This document shows, piece after piece, positions 39,779-47,800 of a stretch of 64,000 bases of DNA (its first letter is position 1; every line of letters begins with the position of its first letter). The notes beneath the pieces are model-generated. The model was given only the letters and a program-made list of their open reading frames with translations. It was not told where the DNA came from and searched no databases. Both the position numbers and the translations under genes were made by a program. Source of the DNA: a virus; IMG/VR virus record IMGVR_UViG_3300032304_003098, positions 1-64,000 of that record. One strand, given 5' to 3'.

Positions 39779-40660
39779 ATGATTTTAAGCAAAACCCCAC
39801 ACAAATTAGGTTCTATTGCTGGAAATTTCAAGTTCACGAAGAACGATGAAGTTTCTCCTAGCCAATTTTTACAATTTCTGTCGGATACCATCGGCAGACA
39901 CGTCAAAAACGGGATAGATGTCACTTGTTTCCAATTAACCGAAGCAGATTACAATTTGCCAGATTTTTCCAATTTGGAAGAAGGTCATTCAGATTTAAAC
40001 CTTCTAGATAATTTAAGTCAAAATCTAAGAGTTCATTCCCACAGGATTTTATTTTTTCTATCTCAACATTTTTTTCTAGGTTCAAAGTTGCCAGATTCTG
40101 TCGAACAAACTCATGTGATGATAGGAAAACTTGCTTCTTTGATAGAGGGTTTGGGCATTTCTGAACCCTGTGTGCTACTCAGAGTAGGAAGTGCCTATGG
40201 TAACAGAAAAGAAACTGCCCAGAGATTTTGTGAAGAAATACAAAAATTTCCGATGTCTATCAGAAAAATGTTGGCCGTCACAAATGATGATAAGCCCTCT
40301 CTTTTTTCTGTAACTGATTTATTAGCTGGAGTTTTTTATCCTGTTAAAATTCCAATTTGTTTTAGATCTTTACCGCATCAATTTAATTCTGGTGGTCTAA
40401 ATTTTAGAGAGGCTTTATTTTTAAGTTGCTCTACTTGGGAATCTCCGCATAAGCCAATTTATTTTCACGGGGAAAGTTCTATTTTAGATGACAAAGGAAT
40501 TTCAATCTCCCCAAATCCATCTGTAAGATTATCCCACCGTATTCCAACTTTTGGTTTGGATGTGGATGTTGTGGTTGAATCACCAGATTCCTATAAAACT
40601 TGTATCCAATATTTGTCCGAACACAAATCTTTGATTCCTTTGATAATTCCAAAAATTTAA
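39779..40660 (+). CDS. UV-damage endonuclease (UvsE/UVDE)-like protein with degenerate active site
   Basis: VGSAYGNRK...RF, NDDKPSLFSVTDL, IPICF, STW; canonical metal ligands appear substituted. Confidence 0.7.
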   Translation: MILSKTPHKLGSIAGNFKFTKNDEVSPSQFLQFLSDTIGRHVKNGIDVTCFQLTEADYNLPDFSNLEEGHSDLNLLDNLSQNLRVHSHRILFFLSQHFFLGSKLPDSVEQTHVMIGKLASLIEGLGISEPCVLLRVGSAYGNRKETAQRFCEEIQKFPMSIRKMLAVTNDDKPSLFSVTDLLAGVFYPVKIPICFRSLPHQFNSGGLNFREALFLSCSTWESPHKPIYFHGESSILDDKGISISPNPSVRLSHRIPTFGLDVDVVVESPDSYKTCIQYLSEHKSLIPLIIPKI

Positions 40661-40695
40661 GAATTTTATTGAATTAATTTGTTTATTTTTACGCC

Positions 40696-41493
40696 ATGCC
40701 AGAATTAGCAGAAGTCAGATTAACCGCGGAATATGTTCAAAAAATTTCGCAGGGTAAAATTTTTCATGGTGTTTGGAAAAACCCTCAGCATAAAGGAAAG
40801 GAATTCACTTTAGAATCTCCGTTTAAAATTCAAGCCACTTCCAGAGGAAAGGAAATGCTTTTGTTATTAGAAACCATGGAAGATTTTCCAGTTTCAACGA
40901 AGTCTAAAATTCTTTCTTTAAAAATGACTATGGGCATGTCTGGACATTTTAAATGGGCAGATCCAGGTTTGAGACCTAAACACACACATTTAAGTTTTCT
41001 TTCCTCTGAAGGAGAAGTGTGTTTCGTGGATGTAAGAAGATTTGGTAGATGGTCTTTCGAATCTTGGAATCCGGAACGAGGTCCAGATCCAACTAGAGAT
41101 TTTGAAGCATTTAAAATTCGTGTCTTATCAAATTTGAAATCAAAAGCATTCGAGAAACCTATCCATGAAGTTCTAATGAACCAAAAATTCTTCAACGGAA
41201 TTGGTAACTATTTAAGAGCTGAAATTTTATATCGTATTGACTCTAACCCCTTTGAGGCAGCTGGAGATTACATCACACAACATCCAATTATTTTAGATTT
41301 GTGTCGAGATTTACCTACCATAGCCTACACTCTCGGCGGGGGTAGAATTAAAGATTGGAAAAATCCAGACGGCAAAATCCCTACCAATTGGGATGAATTT
41401 ATGTTGTGCTACGGCAATCCTCTGATGTCTAAAATGACAGATAAAAATGATAGAACCTTTTGGTTTGATTCCAAATGGAATACAAAAAAATAA
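40696..41493 (+). CDS. nei: Fpg/Nei-family DNA glycosylase/lyase, NEIL1-like
   Basis: N-terminal PE, RGKE, GMSG, FVDVRRFG, H2TH NQKFFNGIGNYLRAEILY, zincless finger DRTFWF. Confidence 0.92.
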   Translation: MPELAEVRLTAEYVQKISQGKIFHGVWKNPQHKGKEFTLESPFKIQATSRGKEMLLLLETMEDFPVSTKSKILSLKMTMGMSGHFKWADPGLRPKHTHLSFLSSEGEVCFVDVRRFGRWSFESWNPERGPDPTRDFEAFKIRVLSNLKSKAFEKPIHEVLMNQKFFNGIGNYLRAEILYRIDSNPFEAAGDYITQHPIILDLCRDLPTIAYTLGGGRIKDWKNPDGKIPTNWDEFMLCYGNPLMSKMTDKNDRTFWFDSKWNTKK

Positions 41494-41495
41494 AT

Positions 41496-42197
41496 ATGAT
41501 TTCACTTCCTATCCTCAAAAATTGTCTTTTCTTCGATGTTGAAACTGCTGGTTGGTGTCCAGACTTGGAATGTCTCCGCCAAGAAAATCCTAGATTAGCG
41601 AAACTCTGGGAAAGAAGAGTAAAATATTACAGATCCTATCCAGAATTTCAAAACTCTACTAGCGATGAAATTTACCTTCAAAAAGCGGGATTAGAACCAG
41701 AATATTCTAGGATTGTGTGTATTTCTTTTGGTACCATCAACGAAGATGAAACTTCAAGATTTATTTCTTTTTATGGAGAAGATGAGATTGATATTTTAAC
41801 CAAGGCTAAAAAAGTTCTTTCCAATTCGATGACCAAAGGCATGAAACTTGCTGGTCACAACATCAAAGGTTTTGATGTCCCGTGTGTGGGCAAAAGAATG
41901 ATTTACAATGGAATTGAACTCCCTGGTAATTTAAAAGTCTGGGATAAAAAACCATGGGAAATTCCATTTTTTGACACCTCTGAGATTTTCGCTTTCGGTA
42001 GCTGGAGTCAGCAAAAATATTTAAGTTTAGACTTACTTTCTTGTTCAATGGGGGTAGAATCTCCCAAAGAAGATATAGACGGATCTCAGGTTCATTCCAC
42101 GTTCTGGGTAGAAAAAGATTTTGAAAGAATCAAGGTCTATTGTGAAAAAGACGTCGAAACTGTAATTCAAGTTTTACTTACCGCAAGTAAATTGTAG
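41496..42197 (+). CDS. PolB-like 3'-5' exonuclease (DEDD)
   Basis: FFDVET, GHNIKGFDVP, YCEKDV. Confidence 0.88.
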   Translation: MISLPILKNCLFFDVETAGWCPDLECLRQENPRLAKLWERRVKYYRSYPEFQNSTSDEIYLQKAGLEPEYSRIVCISFGTINEDETSRFISFYGEDEIDILTKAKKVLSNSMTKGMKLAGHNIKGFDVPCVGKRMIYNGIELPGNLKVWDKKPWEIPFFDTSEIFAFGSWSQQKYLSLDLLSCSMGVESPKEDIDGSQVHSTFWVEKDFERIKVYCEKDVETVIQVLLTASKL

Positions 42198-42209
42198 TAC
42201 CCTTCGGAA

Positions 42210-42238
42210 ATTTATTTGGATATATAGTCCAAATAAAT
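42210..42238 (+). promoter_or_regulatory. GATATATA promoter embedded in an 11-bp inverted repeat
   Basis: atttatttgga-tatatag-tccaaataaat. Confidence 0.55.
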
Positions 42239-42247
42239 GACCGAATT

Positions 42248-43018
42248 TTGGGATTTCCTGTTTTTAATTTTAATGAATTTCTAGGGGAGAATGATTCAAG
42301 CCATTCTCCTCTAAGTTCTGATTTGTGTCAAAAATTTTGGGATAAATATAAACATCCGACAGGAATGACTAAATGGGATCTAGATCCCATCGTTAGAAAA
42401 AAATTAATTAAGATTTCGGAGTCTTTTATTGGTGATCTTGAAGAATCCATCGAAGACCGTTGTACAATTTCGGATATTCGTTTGGTTGGTCCAATGTGTG
42501 GACCACATTACAGCGAGGATTCTCCGTTGGAGGTTGAGATTGTTTTCGATTTAGATCCACAAAAAGAAAAAAAGGCTTTAGTAGCAGAAAAAATTAATCG
42601 CCAAGCTTTTTTGTGGCAATCTAAACCAGAAGTTACTCTGCGGGGCCATGAGGTCGAGCTGGAAGTTATAGGCGTTGGGGAATCTAGGGTCAAGTCTGGG
42701 ATTTATTCTTTGAAACAAAACAAATGGATAAAGACACCCAATCTGGAAGAAAAGGAAAATTTTGGGGTAGATGAAAAAAAAGCTATGAGTGTTTGTTATC
42801 TCCTCGAAAAATTGGAAAGAATCCAAAGTTCAGAGTTTGCAGATACCAAGGTCCAAAAGCAGATCATTAAAAAAATCCAATCTAATCTTGGTAAATTAAG
42901 AAAAAAAGCTTACACTTCAAAAACTAAATCACTGGCGGAGCAATCTGCCTACCGTAAGCTCCTCGAAGGAGGATACATAAAAAGACTGGTTAAAATACTA
43001 GAACATAACACCAAATAA
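42248..43018 (+). CDS. Pol-beta-like nucleotidyltransferase-fold protein with degenerate motifs
   Basis: DIRLVGP...YSEDSPLEVEI, GHEVEL, GIYSLKQNKWIK parallel a phage NTase family; GS and DxD absent. Confidence 0.5.
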   Translation: MGFPVFNFNEFLGENDSSHSPLSSDLCQKFWDKYKHPTGMTKWDLDPIVRKKLIKISESFIGDLEESIEDRCTISDIRLVGPMCGPHYSEDSPLEVEIVFDLDPQKEKKALVAEKINRQAFLWQSKPEVTLRGHEVELEVIGVGESRVKSGIYSLKQNKWIKTPNLEEKENFGVDEKKAMSVCYLLEKLERIQSSEFADTKVQKQIIKKIQSNLGKLRKKAYTSKTKSLAEQSAYRKLLEGGYIKRLVKILEHNTK

Positions 43019-43027
43019 TTAAACCTT

Positions 43028-45676
43028 ATGATTTTACTGTTCAAAAAAAATTCCGCATTCACTGCTAGTAAAGACCCAGATAAATCCGGTTCCGTTTTTC
43101 CTTTAATTAATCTACCCACAAATATAGAAGGAACACCTACAGATTTAAATGATTTTCAGTGGTGGTCTTATACCGATAAATGGCAAGAATGGTTGAAAAA
43201 AAATCCCAGAAGTTGGACTGCAGAAGCAGAATCTTATTTTGAATTGGGGAAAAGCTTGCTGGAGAATATAGAGCAAGCCGATGATTTTTACCGTCAATTT
43301 TTTGAATTTGAAGTTAATTCTCTAACAAGTTCTGGTCACCTTTCCGGATTTGATGAATTTTTAAAAGTATATGAAGCCGAAGAAAAATCCGGAGATCCAG
43401 ACAAACGAGCAATCCGTTTCATGTATGCAATCGATGCTTTGGAAAAATCAGGAGAACTTAAAACCACTTTAGAACTGGATGGTTTGGAAGAAGGTAAACA
43501 ATACGCTGTTGTAATAGAACCTTTCGATGAAGCAGGAAGCACAGTTCCTGAAGGCAGACAAGCTCTCAGATTTAAGAAAATTAAAGACACTCCAAATTTA
43601 ATCGTGGCCGAAGTTGATTATTCGATTCCCTTGGAAAAGGAATTAAAGGGGGATGCACAATCTTACCTTTCGTCAGTCTCCGAATTTGTTTCACAAGCTT
43701 TCACTGCTGCTCTTGGTTTAGGGGGTATTCTAGTAGCTGCAAAAGTAGCAGGGGGAATAGCTTCAGCTTTACTTCTAAGAAAAGCAGCCAGGGGTATTTT
43801 CAAGGGAAAAAATACAATCCAAGCTGTTGCAGGTAAAGGTAAATGGGAAACTCTTAAAAGTTTTTTTAGCGGAGGACCTTCTTTGAAAGGTAAAACAGTT
43901 CAACTCCCTAATGGTGTATTTGTAAAAAATGGAATTCCTTATGTAAGACAAGCAGGTGGGGTGACCAGAAAATTGGGGGGAGCAGTTGGAAATGCCGCTA
44001 TAAAAAGAGCTAAACAAAAATTATCGGGCAAAGTTGCAGCCAAAGGAGCTACTAAAGCAGGAGGAAAATTTTTAGGCAAAACAGTTGCTTCAATAGGTTC
44101 TAAAATAGCTCTTGCTTTAGGTGTTGTACAAGCCGGTCAACAAATCTACAACTGGTTTTCAAAAAATCAAGCCCCAAGATATGGTGAGGTAGATGATTTT
44201 GCCTCGAAAACGTTTGAACCCGGTAAAATCCAAACCGGAAAACCAATCACCATTTGTTGGACCAATGATGCCGGGGGAGGCTGGGCTAGTTACGTTTTTG
44301 CTACTGATACTAGAACCACCATGGATTTAATGAAAGTAGCTCAAATCGATGGGCTCTCTTATTTCTTGCTAATTGACGTCCATTCTAAGGAATTAAAAAA
44401 ATTGGTTACTGGAAATGAACTTGTTCTTTTAGTTTTTAATGCCAATGACAAGTTTGGACATGGATTGGTAGATAATGATGATCTAGAATTCGAGACAATT
44501 GCATTACAATCTATGGAAGAACACATGGTGGCAACTTCTTTTTATGGTTACTGTGATTGGGACCAAATGGAAAAAGCTTATGCAGAAGCACCGGATGAAA
44601 TGTATTTTGTGCCAGAAGAGGCTCCAGATTCCTATGAATTTAATTTTCAAAACCAGGATGGAAATAAATTAAATGTGGCTGGAAAATTAATGGGGCAAGA
44701 AGATTTAAAAAACGCAGGCGTAGATAAAATATTAGTTTCGTTAGCAGGAGAAAACCAACAAGAGGTTAAAGAAAATTTCGCTTACCCGCAAAAACAAATT
44801 TTAAACGAAAATTTGAAATTAGTTTCTTTTTCAGATTTTAAAATGATTTCGGAAGCTGAAGAGTCAGAGGAAGATAATCCTATTTTGAATCCTTTTGGCA
44901 GAAAAAAAGAAGATGAAAATAAAAAAGACTCTAAAAAGTCAGAAGGTAAAAGTTCAGAAGAAGAAGAATGGGCTGAAGATTTCGAAAGTTCCGAAAAAGT
45001 TAAGACCAACAAAGAAAAAATAATGCGGAGAGAAGAAGATTCTCCCTATTCGAGATTTGCTACTCCCATTTATCGCATATCTACTATTCAATTTGTTGAC
45101 CCAAACATCAAACAGCAAGCACCAGAAATTGCTTATTTTGTAGTTGGAGAAGAAAGTTTTGACGCTTCTCCAGGAGATTCTATCGTGGTTGAAGTAACAA
45201 CGGATGATCCTGTTTATAATCCTCGGTATGGATTGGCTACTTATGAGGCTCCAAAAAAAGATGATTCCGAGTCGAAAAAAGAGGAAGAAGATGAAATTGC
45301 TCCTCTCACACCAGGTCCAGGAAAGGGGTCTAAGGATAAAATCAAAGCTTCCCCTGATGATGTACAAATTGTAGATAAAAAAAGGAGACTTGTTATTAAG
45401 GATGATCCAGATGGAGATGCAGGCGAGGACGTAAACGTTGCAGAAGAATTTTTAACCCCGGAACAAAGAAAAGAATTAGGCATCGAAAATTGGAAAACTG
45501 TGACTAAAGTAACCTTGGTGTACGACAGAGATAAAAAACCCGCCAAGGTAATTTTAAGAAACAAAGAAGCTGGAATTTTAGGGGATAGAATTAGAAGAAT
45601 TCGAAAAGGACAGGCTGGGTTTGAAGCGGCAGTCAAATTCGCAAAAGATATTAAAGATAGAATTTCATACAAATAA
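43028..45676 (+). CDS. Large putative internal/ejection protein with Gly/Ala-rich hydrophobic segments
   Basis: AALGLGGILVAAKVAGGIASALLL; internal FDEFLKVYE and FSDFKMISE motifs. Confidence 0.5.
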   Translation: MILLFKKNSAFTASKDPDKSGSVFPLINLPTNIEGTPTDLNDFQWWSYTDKWQEWLKKNPRSWTAEAESYFELGKSLLENIEQADDFYRQFFEFEVNSLTSSGHLSGFDEFLKVYEAEEKSGDPDKRAIRFMYAIDALEKSGELKTTLELDGLEEGKQYAVVIEPFDEAGSTVPEGRQALRFKKIKDTPNLIVAEVDYSIPLEKELKGDAQSYLSSVSEFVSQAFTAALGLGGILVAAKVAGGIASALLLRKAARGIFKGKNTIQAVAGKGKWETLKSFFSGGPSLKGKTVQLPNGVFVKNGIPYVRQAGGVTRKLGGAVGNAAIKRAKQKLSGKVAAKGATKAGGKFLGKTVASIGSKIALALGVVQAGQQIYNWFSKNQAPRYGEVDDFASKTFEPGKIQTGKPITICWTNDAGGGWASYVFATDTRTTMDLMKVAQIDGLSYFLLIDVHSKELKKLVTGNELVLLVFNANDKFGHGLVDNDDLEFETIALQSMEEHMVATSFYGYCDWDQMEKAYAEAPDEMYFVPEEAPDSYEFNFQNQDGNKLNVAGKLMGQEDLKNAGVDKILVSLAGENQQEVKENFAYPQKQILNENLKLVSFSDFKMISEAEESEEDNPILNPFGRKKEDENKKDSKKSEGKSSEEEEWAEDFESSEKVKTNKEKIMRREEDSPYSRFATPIYRISTIQFVDPNIKQQAPEIAYFVVGEESFDASPGDSIVVEVTTDDPVYNPRYGLATYEAPKKDDSESKKEEEDEIAPLTPGPGKGSKDKIKASPDDVQIVDKKRRLVIKDDPDGDAGEDVNVAEEFLTPEQRKELGIENWKTVTKVTLVYDRDKKPAKVILRNKEAGILGDRIRRIRKGQAGFEAAVKFAKDIKDRISYK

Positions 45677-45747
45677 TTTAGAAGTTTTAAAAAGATTAAA
45701 ATTTTGTAAAGTCATTTAGATATATAAAAGATAAAAAAAAGATCAGT

Positions 45748-47775
45748 ATGGAAGATCTACCATTTATGAACGAGAACTGGGTGTTTATTTTGGAGAAGCA
45801 AGGTCATCACGTAGAGGCTTCTAAAACCTCAGATGGCTACACTCTACAGGGTATAGCAGCACAGTTTGGCAAAGAAAATAACAACAACAGGATCTACGAG
45901 GAAAGCGAGTATCTGCCACATCTGGATTATCTGAAAGAAAAAATCAAACAAAAAAGATTGGTTGGTGAATTAGACCATCCTGAAAAATTTGATGTTTCTC
46001 TGAAAAACATTTCTCATATTATAGAAGATTTACAGTACGACAAAAGTGCTCGGGTATTGAAGATCAAGGTCAAATTGCTTGATACTCCAGCTGGTCAAAT
46101 TGCCAAAAAATTGGTTGAAGCTGGAATTCCTCTTTCCATTTCTTCTCGTGCCGCTGGTAATGTGGGTCCTAACAAAAAAGTTCAAATTAAAAAAATCTTC
46201 ACTTATGATTTGGTAGCTGATCCTGGATTTCAGGATGCACAACTAGAAAGAGTGTACGAAAGTGCTGGTTTTTCATTCTCTGAATTTTCAGATAGACACA
46301 AAAATTCCGTTGTTAACGATTTAAAATGTTTGAATGAGTCCTTAGGAATCAAAAATGATTCGGGAGTGATGATATATAAGGTTGATGATAACGAAGAATT
46401 CAAAAAAATATTCAAAACAGAAAAAAATAAAATTGACATCATGGAGTCCAGAAAAGAATATGTAACGAGTGAAGAACTCAACAATTATTCCATTTTCTTA
46501 AAGAAAAAAATGGATGAGCTCGAGTCTCAAATTAAAGAAGCTAAGTCTACCCAGAATTTGGTAGAAAGCTCGGATTCATACACACAAAAACTTGAAGAAA
46601 GAGTAGACCGTCTTGAAAAGTACTGTGAGTACTTGGCCGAGAATTTGGAAAATTCCATTAAGTATGGTGAATATGTAGCCGAGAATTTGGACAATTCCAT
46701 CACTTACAGTAAATATCTAGCCGAGAATTTGGACAAGAACATTTCTTACTCTAAGTATCTGGCTGAAAACGTAGATAAGTCAATTCTCTATTCAGAGTAC
46801 GTGGCAGAAAATGTCGACAAAGGAATTAACTACTCTAAATATCTTGCCGAGAAATTAGATGACAGCATTCAATATGCAGAATACCTGGCTGAAAATGTGG
46901 ATCATACAATTTCCTATTCCGAATACCTGGCCGAAAATGTGGACAGAAATATTTCTTATTCTGAGTATTTGGCAGAGAAGTTGGACAGAAACATTTCTTA
47001 TGCCGAATACCTGGCCGAGAATTTGGACAAAGGCATAGCCTACTCAGAGTATCTAGGCGAAAATCTCGATAAAGGGATTGCTTACTCTGAATATCTGGGT
47101 GAAAAACTAGAACAAGGAATTTCTTATTCGGAATATCTAGCGGAAAATGTGAATAGAACCATCTCCTATTCCGAGTACATCGCAGAAAAATTAAATGGCA
47201 CGATTTCGTTCACCGAGTCTGTATCCGAAAGCGTTGGTTATCAACCCCTAGTTGAAAAAGACGCACGGAGACAGGCAGAAGTCGCCTCAAGAACTGAATT
47301 AGCGGAGTCTGGCTTTGCCGGAGATTATACCAATCTCGGCAAACAAATTGATTTTCTAATTGAGTCGGTCCAAACCCAAAAGACCGAAACAAACCAAAAA
47401 CAGGCTGCAAGCAAATGGCAGCCGACTGCTGACACACAAAAAGCAGATCAAGTTCTCAATGAGAACGATGAAGCCAAATTTAAAACTGGCCACAAGTTCA
47501 TTGATGAGATGCCAACGGATTACGTTCCGATTTGGGAGTCGTTAAGTGAAGGACACCAGCAATCTATTATTGCCCAGGCTGCTCTTCGTAATCTTAACAC
47601 CCCTTATCAGATTAGAAATTTCTGGTCAACTCGTCAGTTTGGACCTAAGCCTTTGGCTTTGCAAAAATTGCAAGAGAATGAAAATTTCTCAGAGGCCTCT
47701 AACCCTCGGACCCCAACTCCTTACAACAACGATTACCTAAGTTGGGTGGCTAAGTCGCTAGAAGGCAAATTCTAA
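45748..47775 (+). CDS. Prohead protease (gp21-like) fused to scaffold (gp22-like)
   Basis: ENNNNRIY, GELDHP, LLDTPAG, ISSRAAG, YDLVADPGF, then coiled-coil repeats; GATATATA at 45719. Confidence 0.92.
   Translation: MEDLPFMNENWVFILEKQGHHVEASKTSDGYTLQGIAAQFGKENNNNRIYEESEYLPHLDYLKEKIKQKRLVGELDHPEKFDVSLKNISHIIEDLQYDKSARVLKIKVKLLDTPAGQIAKKLVEAGIPLSISSRAAGNVGPNKKVQIKKIFTYDLVADPGFQDAQLERVYESAGFSFSEFSDRHKNSVVNDLKCLNESLGIKNDSGVMIYKVDDNEEFKKIFKTEKNKIDIMESRKEYVTSEELNNYSIFLKKKMDELESQIKEAKSTQNLVESSDSYTQKLEERVDRLEKYCEYLAENLENSIKYGEYVAENLDNSITYSKYLAENLDKNISYSKYLAENVDKSILYSEYVAENVDKGINYSKYLAEKLDDSIQYAEYLAENVDHTISYSEYLAENVDRNISYSEYLAEKLDRNISYAEYLAENLDKGIAYSEYLGENLDKGIAYSEYLGEKLEQGISYSEYLAENVNRTISYSEYIAEKLNGTISFTESVSESVGYQPLVEKDARRQAEVASRTELAESGFAGDYTNLGKQIDFLIESVQTQKTETNQKQAASKWQPTADTQKADQVLNENDEAKFKTGHKFIDEMPTDYVPIWESLSEGHQQSIIAQAALRNLNTPYQIRNFWSTRQFGPKPLALQKLQENENFSEASNPRTPTPYNNDYLSWVAKSLEGKF
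46441..47775 (+). CDS. Putative nested in-frame scaffold protein
   Basis: Internal GATATATA at 46371 plus an A-rich leader before in-frame ATG 46441. Confidence 0.55.
   Translation: MESRKEYVTSEELNNYSIFLKKKMDELESQIKEAKSTQNLVESSDSYTQKLEERVDRLEKYCEYLAENLENSIKYGEYVAENLDNSITYSKYLAENLDKNISYSKYLAENVDKSILYSEYVAENVDKGINYSKYLAEKLDDSIQYAEYLAENVDHTISYSEYLAENVDRNISYSEYLAEKLDRNISYAEYLAENLDKGIAYSEYLGENLDKGIAYSEYLGEKLEQGISYSEYLAENVNRTISYSEYIAEKLNGTISFTESVSESVGYQPLVEKDARRQAEVASRTELAESGFAGDYTNLGKQIDFLIESVQTQKTETNQKQAASKWQPTADTQKADQVLNENDEAKFKTGHKFIDEMPTDYVPIWESLSEGHQQSIIAQAALRNLNTPYQIRNFWSTRQFGPKPLALQKLQENENFSEASNPRTPTPYNNDYLSWVAKSLEGKF
46621..47208 (+). repeat. 14 tandem 42-bp coding repeats (YSEYLAENLDKxIS)
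   Basis: Counted in the translation; period 14 aa. Confidence 0.95.
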
Positions 47776-47800
47776 AAAAACCAAAAAAAATACTAAAAAA

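Noticed and set aside
46621-47208. 42-bp periodic repeats as a CRISPR array
   Set aside because: No spacers; the repeats are in frame and vary at synonymous positions, so they are protein repeats
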